From Phaeosaccion multiseriatum (lineage: Eukaryota > Protista > Ochrophyta, other classes), in NCBI GenBank assembly GCA_965112735.1, contig OZ218952.1:3658001-3722000 (forward strand): a stretch of DNA of 64,000 bases, given 5' to 3'. Within the stretch, counting starts at the first letter, position 1; every line of letters starts with the position of its first letter. The notes beneath the pieces were generated by a model. It did no database searches, had not been told where the DNA came from, and worked only from the letters and a program-made list of their open reading frames with translations. This document shows, piece after piece, positions 1 to 12,513 of the stretch. The translations under genes and the position numbers were made by a program.

Positions 1-1190
1 GGAGAGAAGAGACCTGAGCGGATTCTTGTGGCCGTGGCGGATTTCAGTGGCGTAGGCAAGACCTGCCGGGCCAGAGCGCTGCGGGAGGCAGTGCGGCGCT
101 TTGGACAAGATGGCGCGGCGGCGCTCCCTGACCGGATGCCGGGTGATGCGCCCCTTCAAGCAGTACTGGAGAGGGAAGAGAAGGTGATGCAGGAGGCTGT
201 TGTCTCTATGTCTGCAAACGAGCGTGTTGCTGCCCTGCTCGACCTTCGTCTGGTGCAGTCATCTTTGATGACGCCCGAGCAGCGAAGGCTCGGTCTGGAT
301 GACTTCCTCGCGGGCTACGCCGAGTATGCCTTTACGGCAGAGAAGTACTTGGAGGACAAGGCAGAAGCAAAGGCGGCGGGAAGGGCGGTGGAGCAGGCAG
401 TGGATGGAGCCGGGGGGGCGCCGCCGCGGAAGCGGGCCAAGCCCCTGCCTGACTTTTTCGGTGATGGGGAGGACGACGACAATGATGGCGAGATGGAAGC
501 GCCGGTGCTGACCAGGGAGGAGAAGGACGCAGCCCTTTTCGCAAAGTGTGAAGCAGAGGCTAGGAGGGTCCACAAGCGCTTCAGAAGAATGGCCTCTGGG
601 TTTGATTGGGCAGCCGAGTTTCCAGAGGAGTGTCGCAAGGGGGGAGCTTTGGACGTGGACGAGATTGAGGACCTTGACGCCATCGATAATTTGCTCTCTC
701 TTGATGTGATGAAGGTGTACAAGCGTATGGCGGAGAAGAAGGACGAGTACGGCTGGATTCCGGCGATGGCGAGGGCCCGCTTGGGCAGTGTCATGGCTGA
801 AAGCTTTTGCGAGCGTGTACGCTCCTGTGCTTACAATGTTGTTACGGAGGGTAACTCGCTGCTCAACGCGAAGCAGGTGGAGATGGTGTGTGTACTGCGC
901 ATGAACAGAGACTTTATGGAGTACATGAGGACAGAGTATCGGGCGGGGGACCATGCGTGGAAGACTTGGGTGTCGGGAGCTGATCTTAAGGCCAGGGTGA
1001 TCACTCACTAATGTATGATCGAATCACATGGGCGGGCGAGCGGGTCATGACAAGATCATGCAGATCATGGATCAGATCATGGATCAGATCACGGGCAGGG
1101 ACCAGCAGCAGGATCGGATCATGGGCGAGTTGCTCACATCACACCTGTCACTTTGGGTGGATCACCCACAACAATCATAATATAGATTGT
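1..1190 (+). mobile_element. 3' part of a hAT-superfamily DNA transposon (transposase C-terminus plus subterminal repeats)
   Basis: ORF 28..1011 ends in ...LGSVMAESFCERVRSCAYNVVTEGNSLLNAKQVEMVCVLRMNRDFM, resembling the hAT C-terminal dimerisation motif (S..CER.FS...L....E....L..N). It is followed by ~170 bp dense in GATCA(TG) repeats. The 5' part lies outside the window and no TIR was identified. Confidence 0.7.
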
Positions 1191-1603
1191 CGTGTTAAGA
1201 GATCGGTGGGCGGCCCAAAAAGAGAGATCGATATCTAAAATTCGATTATCGACATCGATTTCTCTTCCCTTTTCTAATTTTTTTTTTTTTATTTTCGCCC
1301 CCTGCTCCCCTCCTCCTTCCGTGTACGGGCCCAACCATGTTGAGAGCAGCGAAGCTGATCACCGCTGCAGGTGGGGCATATGTGTCAACCCAGGTGAGGG
1401 GCTTGCTCCATTGTAGAGAGTGCAGCTGTTCGAGAAACTAACTACCTCTGCTTCAACCGTAGGCCTGGAAAGGGGACAAGAAGCTAGCGGAGGTGCTCGG
1501 GCCATGCGGGAAGCAGATCTATTGGGATCCTTTTGAGGATGTGTGCCAAGAAGGAGGCGAAGAAAAGGGAGGATTGGCACCAGCGACAGCAACGACAACA
1601 GCT

Positions 1604-4600
1604 ATGAAGCCAAAGGCGATTGTTGTCGGCGCTGGTGTGGTGGGCACATCCACAGCCTATGCTCTTGCAGCGCGAGGCTATCGGGTCGTTGTGTTGGAAA
1701 GCGGACGAGCGGAAGGTGAAGAATGGTGAGGCAAAGGGAAGGAGGGGAAGGGAAGAGGAAGGAGGAGGGAAGGAGCATTTTTAATATTTCTTCCTCATTG
1801 TTCTCAGCTCCGCAGTTGCGGCCGGAGGCATGCAGGTGTCCAACCCGGTGGTGGACCCTTCTGCTTGGAGAGCCGTCGTTTCGAACATGTTCACGCGCCC
1901 TGAAGGTATGAACGATACATCAATCAAAGCTCTTCCCTCTTTTCACTCTAAGTCTTGCACCAGAACCTCTGACTGACTCCCCGCCTGTCTGTCTATGTGC
2001 CGGCGCGCCGGCGTGCCTGGCTACCTGCCTGGCTGCCTGCCCCGCCTTTGCTTTCGCGCCGCCACCCCTCCCCTCAGACCGCTTCTTCCACGTGGCTTGG
2101 GGCTCTCTTCTTCTCGACATGCAGTTCTGGCGCTGGATGGCTCGCTTCTCCTTCAGCTCTCTCCTTGAACCGGTACGTACCTGCTCTCTGTCCTCTGTGT
2201 CTTGCGCTCAACTGACTGGGCATCTACTGCCATCCCCCCCCCTCCCCTGGAGCAGCTCATTCCTTCATCTCAGCTCAAGTCGCGCCAGGAGGGTAAGTTA
2301 TGTACTCAACGTTACTTAAGGACATGCATGAGAGATACAACGAACGAACGAACAACCGTAACTCTATGTATGGAGGGTGCGTAAGGAATGTTTACCACCC
2401 ACACCCACCACGCACGCACGCACGCACCCCACGCACCCCACGCACACGCACAATCAAATGTGCTGGACCTTTCCTACAATTGGCGGCGACGCAGGCATGC
2501 TCTCCTTCACCAACTGGGCCATCCGTGAGACACTCGACACCATGGAGGCAGAGGGCATGGACTGCGGTGTGAGTCGAAGAGGGGCGCTCTTTGTGAGTCG
2601 CAGTGAGCCGCCACCGCCACAGCCACAAGCACAGGTGCGTGTACGGTGTGCGCACGGGATGGGATATGCGTACGGGATCGGCTCCACTACAGGGGGCTTG
2701 TTCGCTCTTCCATTTGGGGTGCCTTTGTATTTGTGTGCGCGCGTGTGTGTGCATGTGTGTGTATGTGCGTGTGTGTATGTGTGAGGGAGCGAGGAGAAAG
2801 ATAGAGAGGGGGAAGAGAGGAAGGGGTGCGTGTGTGCTTGTTGCGTTCACTTCCCCTCTCTCTCTATACATCTCTCCCAACTCTCTCTCTCTCTCTCTGG
2901 CGTGTGAAGTGCGGCTGTCTCCGGTCCAGTAGTGGGGCGGTATCTCTCGCGCAGTGACGTACATCACCCCCCTGAGCAATCGTCCCAAGACCCTGCGCCC
3001 TTTACCTTGACAGCCTCTGACATGCTGCACTCTCCGCCTACTTTCTCACTTGCCGCCGCTGCTGCTGCTGCCGCTGCTCAACAGGGGGGCGAGGGGCGCA
3101 CAGAGCTTCACACATGTCTCCCCGTCATGAAGACGACGGTGCAGGTACGTATGACTGAGTCAGTGAGTGTGGCTCTTTGAGGCATCTGGTTGGGTTCCAC
3201 GAATGCTCACATGAAAATTATCTCTCTCTCGCTCCCTCTCTCGCTCCCTCCCTCCCTCCCTTCTGCCCTCGTTTCCTCCCTCCCTCTCTCCCTCCCTTCT
3301 GTCCCTGACTATCTTGCCATGGTCGGGTGACGACGGCCATGATCGATTATTACTCTCCCCCCACCACAACACCAACCCGACGGCCTTGATTGATCGATCA
3401 CTGACTACTGACTGACTGGCCAGGGGGGGAACAAAGATAGGAACTCCATGGAGCCGGAGCAGGTGCTAAGTGGGGAGGAAGTGCTCGCGGTGGAGCCGAG
3501 CTTGAGGCACAACGCACACTACGCCCACGACAAGGTCAGAAGCAGGCAGTCCGTGGGCTGTGGGGTGGGCTGGGTTGGAGCCCCCCTGGGTTGGGTAGAG
3601 TTGTTGCTCTCCTCTTTCTTCGTCCCTCTCAGTCTGGCTCCTTCCTTACTTGTCGCTTCTGCTTCTTCTTCTCGCCCTCACTCCACATGTGTGTTGGTCT
3701 ACTCCTCTCCAAAGCCCAACAAACACACCCTCACACAAAACAAGCATATGTCTGTCTCACTAACGCACCATCTACCGAACTACCGAACAGCCAACATGGG
3801 CGCGATTTGAGCCCGAGGCCGTTGCTGCGGACTCCCTCAAGTTCACCAAACAGCTCGGTCAGAGGTTAGTGATGGTGTCTTCGGTAATGGCACAGCAAGC
3901 AGCTCGGTCAGAGCTGCTGGTGTGAAGTGCCATGGTGTACAAGTCGATTCGTTTTCTTCTTTTCTTTTGTGTTGTGCTTACTGTTCTTGCAGGAGATGTG
4001 CTTGGTCTGAGGCCGCTTCTCTGGTCTCTCCCTTCTCTGTCTTGTTATCTTCTCCTGCCCCATGCCTGCCCTCCCTCCCTTCCTCTCGCTCTCCATCTCT
4101 CCCACTGACATCTGACACCTCACCCCAGGTGTCGTGACAAGTATGATGTTTCGTTTCGCGTGCGGTGCTCTGTCCGCGCCATCGCGAGGGGCGAGCAGAA
4201 GACGAAGAAGGAGGAGGAAGAGGAGGGGGGGGGCGGGGAGAAGGAGAACAAGGCGGGGCGGGGTAAGAAGAGGAAGGCGAGAGCAGGAGCACAGCAGCGT
4301 TGCGCGGGGTTGGTGACGTCCAAGGGCTTCATTGTGGTGGGCGAGGACACGCAAGTGGTGGTGGCGGCGGGCAGCTGGACGCCCCGTCTGCTTTGGACGG
4401 CAGGGCTGGACGCACCTGTGTACCCCATGAAGGGCTACTCCATCGCGCTGGACTTGGAAGAGGAAGAGGAGGAGGAGCAGGAGGGGGAGAAGAAGGAGAA
4501 GCGAGAAGGAAAGAAGGGAAAGCAGGGAAAGTGGTGGGATTTTTTTACCGGCGCTGACAACTCTGCGAAGGCAACCGATGGCGACGGCTCTCCTACCAAG

Positions 4601-5025
4601 AGCGGCTCTCCTTCTCCTTCTCTTCCCTCGCGCATCGTCAGCGACTCCACTTTCTACACCTCCCGACTCGGAAACCGGATACGGCTCACGGGCATGGGCG
4701 AGTTCTCGGGCTACAGCACCTCTCCTACGCCTCATGTCGGTACGTTGGTGATACAGGAGTGGGCGGTGTGGGGAATGTGGGGTGAGTGGGATGGATGCCT
4801 TCCTTCCTGAAGCCCTCAAGCCCTCATCGGGCTGCAATGTGGTGCAATGCCTCTGTGAGCATGTTGCCTGCACCTCATAAGCTCATGAAGGGGGGGGGGT
4901 CGAGTCGAGAACGACGAGGCGATGTAGTGATATAGCGACATGCAGCCAGGGATGGGGGGTTTCCTGTCCTAAATGGGTGTGTGGTTGTTGTTGTGTGTGT
5001 GTGCGCGCGTGTGTAGGTGTTGTCA

Positions 5026-5072
<47 letters not shown>

Positions 5073-5691
5073 ACCACCGGTTGTGCTCACTGATGTCGCT
5101 GTGATTGTTGTCGTCGTTGTTGCCATTACCTACTCCTCCCTCCCTCAAGCCTACTCCTACTCTGCTCCTACTCATATACCCTACTCCTCCCCAACTCCAA
5201 CCCTGCCCTCCACCCTACTCACTTCCTTGCTCCTACCCTACCCACTGGAGAGAGCAGACGCACTGTTCCGAGCCAGGGCCTTGCAGGAGGTGCCCCACTT
5301 GGCCGAGCAGATTCGACAAACACCCACGCGATGCGGTCTGCGCCCGTTTGTGAGTGATGGAGTAACGCTGCTGGGGCAGGTGCCCTCCCTGTCTAATGTG
5401 TTTGTCAATGTGGGGCCTGGGCACAACGGGTGGAAGATCTGTATGGGAGGGGCGAATCTGCTGGCCAGGAACATGGCGATGCATCAACAAGAGCAGCAAC
5501 AGCAACAGGAAGCAGACGTGGTAGGGCAGAGCTATGGTGCTGCTGCTGGGAAAGTGGGGCAACAAGGTGTGGAGGAGGGGGAGCAAGAGCGAGAGAGAGA
5601 ACTGGACGCCTTTGCCAGAGCTCTCTCCCCGGAAGGTAGGGTCCGCCGGGCACCGCTGTGGGCAAGGGTATCCGCGGCCAAGTGGCTCTAG
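1604..5691 (+). CDS. FAD-dependent oxidoreductase, D-amino acid oxidase/dehydrogenase (DAO) family, multi-exon
   Basis: N-terminal Rossmann motif MKPKAIVVGAGVVGTSTAYALAARGYRVVVLE; later exons VVVAAGSWTPRLL..PVYPMKGYS, SRLGNRIRLTGMGEF and CGLRPFVSDGVTLLG..NVFVNVGPGHNGWKICMGGA; GT-AG introns. Confidence 0.9.
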
Positions 5692-6050
5692 CTGAGGGGC
5701 TCCTGCTGCTTTGCGATATATACATACAACCCCTGTAAAGTAGTGCTTTTTGTGGGTGGGGGAAAGGAATTGTAATTTTGTATAGAAATTAGGAGGAGAA
5801 GCTGACTGTGCGGTACACAATGATACGTAATTATGACGGTCGATAGAGAGCCGGGGGGCCTGCCTGACCGGACGTGTAGGCACCCTTGGGTTTGTATCGT
5901 GTGTCATTGTAAGAAAGGAAGGAAGGGCCGGGAATAGTGATAAATAATCATGTCTATCCGCTGCTGCATTCTGCAAGCCACCTTCGAATATAATAGAAAC
6001 CCAAAATTTAGGGGGGGGGGGGGTATTGAGCGCTGAGAGGGCTCCACCCT

Positions 6051-8180
6051 TTACTTTCCACCGCTCACCACCATCACCACCCTCCCCGGGTTGCGCTCAT
6101 CTTCCCACACGTCGACGCCCGCCGTCTCCTGCAAATAGGCCAGCACCCCGGGCTTGAGAACGCTGACGCCGTCCTCACTGCGTCGGCCTCGGCCTGTGAT
6201 GACCTTGATCTCAGCCCCCGGCTTTGCCTCTGAGAGCACGTGACGAAGCGCTGCCTTGCTCGTTCCCCTGCTGAACTCGTGTAAGTCCATCTCCTGCCCC
6301 CCTTTCCTCCAGTGATTGAAGACCCCTTGTGATACGGCCTCTGCGTACAGCTCGTCAGCAGCCTCCTCGTCTCCACCCTCCTGCACAGCGTCAATAGCGG
6401 CGCTGTAGCTGATCACATTTGGCTGGAGTGCTGCCGCCTTCATCTCACTCAACAGCTTCAGGGCCTCCAAGGGCTTTTTGTCGTTGCCACATGCATTAAT
6501 GGCTGCACTGTAGCTGATCACATTTGGCTGGAGTCCTACCGCCTTCATCTCACTGAAGAGCTTCAGGGCCTCCAAGTGGTTGTTGTCTTTGCCACATGCC
6601 GTAATGGCTGCACTGTAGCTGATCACATCTGGCTTGAGTCCTGCCGCCTTCATCTCACTCAATAGCTCCAGGGCCTCCACGCTGTTGTTGTCGTTGCCAC
6701 TCGCAGTAATGGCTGCATTATAGGTGATTTCATTGGGAGCAATTCCTACCTCCTTCATCTCCTTGAAGAGCTTCAGGGCATCCACGCTGTTCTTGTCGTT
6801 GCCACACGCAGTAATCGCTGCACTGTAGCTGATCACATCAGGCTTGTGTCCTGCCGCCTTCATCTCACTCAACAGCTTCAGGGCCTCCACGCTGTTGTTG
6901 TTCTTGCCACACGCAGTTATCGCTGCATTGTAGCTGATCACATCACGCTTAAGTCCTGCCGCCTTCATCTCACTCAATAGCTCCAGGGCCTCCACGCTGT
7001 TGTTGTCGTTGCCACTCGCAGTAATGGCTGCATTATAGGTGATTTCATTGGGAGCAATTCCTACCTCCTTCATCTCCTTGAAGAGCTTCAGGGCCTCCAC
7101 GCTGTTCTTGTCGTTGCCACACGCAGTAATCGCTGCACTGTAGCTGATCACATCAGGCTTGAGTCCTGCCGCCTTCATCTCACCCAACAGCTTCAGGGCC
7201 TCCACGCTGTTGTTGTTCTTGCCACACGCAGTAATGGCTGCACTGTAGCTGATCACATCAGGCTTAAGTCCTGCCGCCTTCATCTCACTCAACAGCTTCA
7301 GGGCCTCCACGCTGTTGTTGTCGTTGCCACATGCAGTAATGGCTGCATTATAGGTGATTTCATTGGGAGCAATTCCTACCTCCTTCATCTCCTTGAAGAG
7401 CTTCAGGGCCTCCACGCTGTTGTTGTCGTTACCACATGCAGTAATGGCTGCACTGTAGCTGACTACATTTGGCTTGAGACCTGCCGCCCTCATCTCCCTC
7501 AATAAACGCAATACTTCCACGTGTTGGTTGCTGGCCTTGGCGCAAGCGTTAATGGTGGAGTTGTAGCTGATTATATCGGGAGCAAGTCCTTCTGCCTTCA
7601 TCTCTTCCAGAAGGGCCAATGCCTCCATGTGTTGGGTGGCCTTGGCGCATGCGTTAATGGTGGAGTTGTAGCTGATTGCATTGGGAGCGAGTCCATCTGC
7701 CTTCATTTCCCTCAGTAAACCCATTGCCTCCATATGTTGGCTAGCCCTGGCGCATGCGTTGATGGCGGAGCTGTAGCTGATCACGTCTGGCCTGAAGCCT
7801 TCCTTCTTCATCTCAGCCAAGAGAACCAAAGCGCCCTTCCACCGCCCGCACTTCCCAATCGCGGTAATCGCAGCACTCAAACAGTACAGATCGGGCTTGA
7901 GGCCCTCTCGCCGTGCGCGCTCCAGAGTAGGTGCAACCTTCTTCCAATCCTTTCTCTTCCCCAGATCCTGGATCTCCTTCATAAGCCGTATCTGCCTCGA
8001 CTTGTCACTTCCCCTAGTAGAGAAGGACCATTGCGGCGGCAGCTGCTTCTGCTGATGGAGACAAGAGTCGGCACGCCGTTCAGCAGCGGTGCCTCCTACT
8101 GCTGCGGGTCCTTTTCTACCTCTGCCAATGCAGGAGGAGTAGCAGGTTCTGACCACCCCCCTCAACGATATCGCTCTCAT
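6051..8180 (-). CDS. PPR-SMR protein A (14 P-type PPR repeats plus C-terminal SMR nuclease-like domain), intronless
   Basis: 35-aa repeats VISYSAAITACG...EALKLLSEMKAAGLKPD; C-terminal MDLHEFS...VITGRGRRS...NPGRVV (SMR signature); Arg/Ser-rich N-terminus resembling a mitochondrial presequence. First ATG at 8180. Confidence 0.92.
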   Translation of the reverse strand: MRAISLRGVVRTCYSSCIGRGRKGPAAVGGTAAERRADSCLHQQKQLPPQWSFSTRGSDKSRQIRLMKEIQDLGKRKDWKKVAPTLERARREGLKPDLYCLSAAITAIGKCGRWKGALVLLAEMKKEGFRPDVISYSSAINACARASQHMEAMGLLREMKADGLAPNAISYNSTINACAKATQHMEALALLEEMKAEGLAPDIISYNSTINACAKASNQHVEVLRLLREMRAAGLKPNVVSYSAAITACGNDNNSVEALKLFKEMKEVGIAPNEITYNAAITACGNDNNSVEALKLLSEMKAAGLKPDVISYSAAITACGKNNNSVEALKLLGEMKAAGLKPDVISYSAAITACGNDKNSVEALKLFKEMKEVGIAPNEITYNAAITASGNDNNSVEALELLSEMKAAGLKRDVISYNAAITACGKNNNSVEALKLLSEMKAAGHKPDVISYSAAITACGNDKNSVDALKLFKEMKEVGIAPNEITYNAAITASGNDNNSVEALELLSEMKAAGLKPDVISYSAAITACGKDNNHLEALKLFSEMKAVGLQPNVISYSAAINACGNDKKPLEALKLLSEMKAAALQPNVISYSAAIDAVQEGGDEEAADELYAEAVSQGVFNHWRKGGQEMDLHEFSRGTSKAALRHVLSEAKPGAEIKVITGRGRRSEDGVSVLKPGVLAYLQETAGVDVWEDERNPGRVVMVVSGGK

Positions 8181-8635
8181 CAAGATTGATTCTTTGGTTA
8201 TAGGGATACTGAAAGGTAAATAAAAAGCAGCTGGTAAAAAGTATCGAAGTAAAAAGGTAGGCCCTGTGAGCCCTGTATCACCAACTCACGGACATGCGTG
8301 CATGCGCCCCCCCCCCGAAATCCGAAATCCCCACCACAACCCTTTCCAAAACCGCTATTTTTACGCCTGTTTTTCATTAGAGCGGGACAGTGATGGTCCC
8401 GTCCCACTTGTGCAGTATGGCGGGCTGCAGGAAGAGGAGAGTAAGGTGCAGAGAGGTGCGTTCAGGGACTGCTGAAGGGGGAACCAAAAAATGGGGGGTT
8501 GGCAGGCACGCCTCTCTGCTGTACTGCAAGCTTCAAACGTCAACGAGTGCCTAGTCTAGTTTCGGAGTTCCTACGACTACATCGTCCACCGCTTCTAACG
8601 AAGTACCCCCCCCCTTTCTTTTTTTTCCTCTCCAG

Positions 8636-11600
8636 TCGTCGTCGTCGTGCCTCAGCGTGACCGGCCTCGTCCTCACAATGGTGGTCTGCTCAGCCCCATG
8701 TGCCCAGGCCTATGTGGTACCAATGGCACGCACTTCTATGCGTCCTGCAGCGCATGTCACCGTGAGGACTGCAGGGGCATCCAGAGCAGGTGAATCGGAA
8801 GGAGGGACGCGCTCCTCACCACCTGTGAGAACATGAGAGACCCTCGTGCCATCTGGTGCCATGTGGTGCTGTCTGAGGCGGGGTATGCGTGAGAAGGAGC
8901 ACATAGGGTCTCTGCTGTTGGAGAGCGATGCATCACGGATACATCACGGACGACTGGACTGCTCATGCCTTCCCTTGTTGTGTTGGGCGCGGCCCATACA
9001 ATCTACAAATCCCTCTTCTCCTCTGCTTGCCATAGCTAATGCTCTGCTCCTGACGGCTGCTGCTGCTTCTGCGGCCTGCCTGCCTGCCCCTCTTACCGGC
9101 TTTCCTCCTCCTTCCCCTTCCCTCCTGCGCGAATCTTTGGCACGCGTACGTCAAATACCCGTATGCTCTTTCCTTTCCTGCCGTACACTAAAGTGACTGC
9201 TCCACCCACGGGAGCGAGGAGCGGGCTATCCCTGCCTGCTCTCGCGAGACTGAGAGCAAGGATTACGCAGCAATGTCCTCTCGTGGGGCCTCTATCTAGT
9301 GCTGCTGCCGCGACACTCGAGCACGACCAAGCCCCTTCCCCCTCCACCGCCGCCGCTCCCGAGGGAGACAATAAGCAGATTAATATGGTGGAGGGCCTGG
9401 GTCGGGGGCTGGCGTGCGACATCAAGGCCAAGGCCCGTGTGTACCCAAGCGAGTTGACAGACTCGTTCAGCATAAAGGTTGTTTCGTCGACGGTCTTTAT
9501 GTTCTTTGCTTGCATCGCTCCAGCCGTGGCCTTCGGAGGTGAGGGAGAGAGGGAGGGAGAGAGAGAGAGAGGGGTTGGGGGGCGGAAGGGACAGATGCAG
9601 AGAGAGTGAACAACATTGCTCGATTCGCATCAGCTGCTGCCACTTGCTTGCCTACTGCTAATGTATCACCAACTGCTTGCTCCTGCTGCCAGGCCTAATG
9701 ACCGTGGCCACGGGTGGCGCCATCGGCACCATGGAAATGCTCACCGCTACGTCCGTGAGTGGCATTGTGTATGCTCTCACCAGCGGACAGCCTCTCACCA
9801 TCATCGGTAGCACCGGGCCGGCCCTCGCCTTTACAGTGGTGCTCTACAGGCTCGCGGCTCAAATGGTGAGGAGCACGAGGAGGAGGAGGAAGAGGAGGAG
9901 GAGGGGTGGGGGTGGGGAGGTGCTAGGCGCGACTACAGCTTCTCCTTTCCCCTCCTCTCCTCTACATCCCCCCCCCCCTCCGACTCACCTCATCCACCCA
10001 CCCCCCGGTTGTTTGTATCCTCGTCCTCCCCCTCCTCCTCCTCCTCCTCCTCCTTCTCCTCTCCTCAGGGATTACCCTTCTTGCCTCTGTACGGATGGGT
10101 AGGGCTATGGTCCAGCGGTATCCTCCTGCTCTGCTCCCTCTTCTCCGTAAGCAACGTTGTGCAGTTCTTCAGCCGCTTCACAGATGACATATTCAGCCTC
10201 CTCATCTCCGTCATCTTCATATGGGAAGCCGTCAAAGATCTCGGAGGGCTCTTCGTCAACCCCGCCGTGCCATTTGTGAACGCCACGTGGAGTCTCATCA
10301 TCGCTTCCACCACCTTCGGGCTTGCCAAGGTTTTGAACTCCCTCCGCCCCACGAAGTACTTTAACAACCCTACACGAGAGCTTCTGGCGGACTTCGCGCC
10401 TACGATAGGAGTGTTTACGGGCGTCTTTATGGGTCTGTGGGGAGCCGCTCGGTGAGTGGGTGGAGTGAGTGAGTGAGTGAGTGAGTGAGTGAGTGGAGTG
10501 AGCCCGTGAGTGAGTGAGTATGAGGATACTGACCGCGGGGAGAAGAGGGAAGGTCTGGCAAAATACATTTACAGTTGCAGTTACAGTTAGGGAGACCCTG
10601 CGCTGTGCTGGTGGGGAAAGCCCATTGTCCATCGACAGCAGCAGCAACAGCTGTCTTATCCTCCCCTTCCCCCTCCTCCTCTTCCTCCTCCTCCTCCTCC
10701 TAGCTACGGCGTGAAGCTGCCCACACTGTCCGTCCCCGTGAGCTTCGCCACCACCTCGGGACGGCCTTGGCTCGTGCCTCTCCTGGACCTACCCGTGTGG
10801 GCCCGCTGGGCGGCGGCGGTCCCGGCGTTGATGGGCAGCATCCTCCTCTTTATGGATCAGGTCAGAGAGAGTGAGGGAGAGAGGGACAGGAACAGGGACA
10901 GCTAGGGATGGGGGGGGATTGGGGAGCATGCTGAAACCCTCTCTCCACCACTTTCTCCCTCTCTCTACCACTTTCTCTCCCTCTCTCCGTCCCTCTCTCT
11001 ACCACTATCTCTCCCTCTCTCACTCTCTCTCTACCGTTTCCTCTCCCTCTCCCTCTCACTTCCTCTCTCTCACCCTCTCTCTACTTCCTCTCTCTCCCAT
11101 CCTCTCTCCCCCCCATACTCTGTCTCTCTCTCCCTCTACTTCTCTCTCTCCCCCCCCCCACGCATACACAGACTATAACGGTGCGCCTGGTGAACAGCAA
11201 GCGTCACAAGATGAAGAAGGGCTACGGAATGCACATGGACATGCTCGCCATCGCCGGCATCACGGCCGGCTGCAGCTGTACGTGTTGGTGACATGGCTGT
11301 GGTCTGTGTTCCTTCATTGACCTATGTCTACATGCCCCCCCACCCCCCGAGATTGACGGTTACTGAACTGAGACTGGAACATGTTGGGTTGTGTGTGTGT
11401 GCGCCCCATTTTCCCCTCTCTTCTCTCTCTCATTCTCCCCCTCCACCCCCCCCCCCCCCGTTTCTCTCGCTCTCGCCCCCCTCTCCGTCTGTCTGTCTCT
11501 TCTCTCTCGCCTCTCTCTCTCTCTCTCTGTCGCTCGCCTGCCCCCCCTCCAGTGACCGGCCTGCCGTGGCTTGTGGCGGCAACGGTGCGCAGCTTGGCGC

Positions 11601-12513
11601 ACGTCAAGGCCCTCGCTGTGTACAAGACAGAAGGAGGGAAGGAGTCCATTGAGCGCATGACTGAGCAAAGGTGAGGGCAGGGAGGGGATGGATGAGAGAA
11701 TGGGTGTACGAGGGGAAGGAGGCGGGGAGGGAGTGGGTGAGTGGGTGAGTCAGTGAATGGGTGGGTGGGTGAGGCAGAGAGTGATGCCTAATCGTGATGG
11801 TGACACTATCCCTGACCCTGCCTCCTGCCCCTTCCCCTCACCTCACTTCACCTGCCCCTCCCCCTCACACACACGCAGAGGAAGCGGCGTGGCTGTCCAC
11901 GTGCTCATGGGCCTCTCCATTCTGTACGGACGCAAGTACCTGTCGAAGGTGCCGCTGGCGGTGCTTATGGGCCTCTTTATGTATCTGGGGGCCAATGGTG
12001 TCAAGGGCAATCAGCTTTGGGAGCGTTGCCAGCTCCTCATCACTGATCCTAAGCGGAGACCGAAGGTGTGTGTGTGTGTGTGTGGGTGGGTGGGTGGGCG
12101 AATGCGCGCGCGCGTGTGTGTGTGTGTGGATGGACCCACTCCTAACCTTTACTCCTCCCACTCACTCCCTCCTCTTACTCCACGCCACTCTTTTCCTCGG
12201 CACTTTCCATCCATCCATCCATCCATCCATCCATCCATATTCAACCGTTACCCCTCCATCTTATCCGGTCCGTCCGTTCTCCTCCTACTCACAGGCCCCG
12301 TGGACGACCAACAAGTTCCCTGTGAAGCGGGCCCACCTCTACACCATCGTGCAGCTCTTGTGTCTGTACGCCATGGTGTTCGTCAAGAGCTCGAAGATCG
12401 GGGTGCTCTTCCCAGTGCTCATTGCCTTACTCGCACCCATCCGGCTCTTGCTGGAGAAGACGGGTCTCTTCACCAAGGATGAGCTGGAAGTGCTGGACTC
12501 GGACAACGAGTGA
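8636..12513 (+). CDS. SLC4/anion-exchanger family bicarbonate (or borate) transporter, multi-exon, possibly plastid-targeted
   Basis: Exons encode STVFMFFACIAPAVAFGG, SGQPLTIIGSTGP, FFSRFTDDIFSLLISVIFIWEA, LLADFAPTIG, KKGYGMHMDM, GLPWLVAATVRSLAHVKAL, EQR and VPLAVLMGLFMYLG. 5' end uncertain; a hydrophobic stretch followed by AQAYV near 8650-8720 resembles a bipartite presequence. Confidence 0.9.

Noticed and set aside
1050-1190. Resemblance between the predicted PPR-A target (GAUYAUG..) and the hAT subterminal GATCATG repeats
   Set aside because: Only ~7 nt match, the code prediction is uncertain and the protein looks organelle-targeted; probably coincidence.
6400-7800. Regular ~105-bp repeats that could be mistaken for a CRISPR-like array
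   Set aside because: They are in-frame PPR codons with no unique spacers, there are no cas genes, and the context is eukaryotic.
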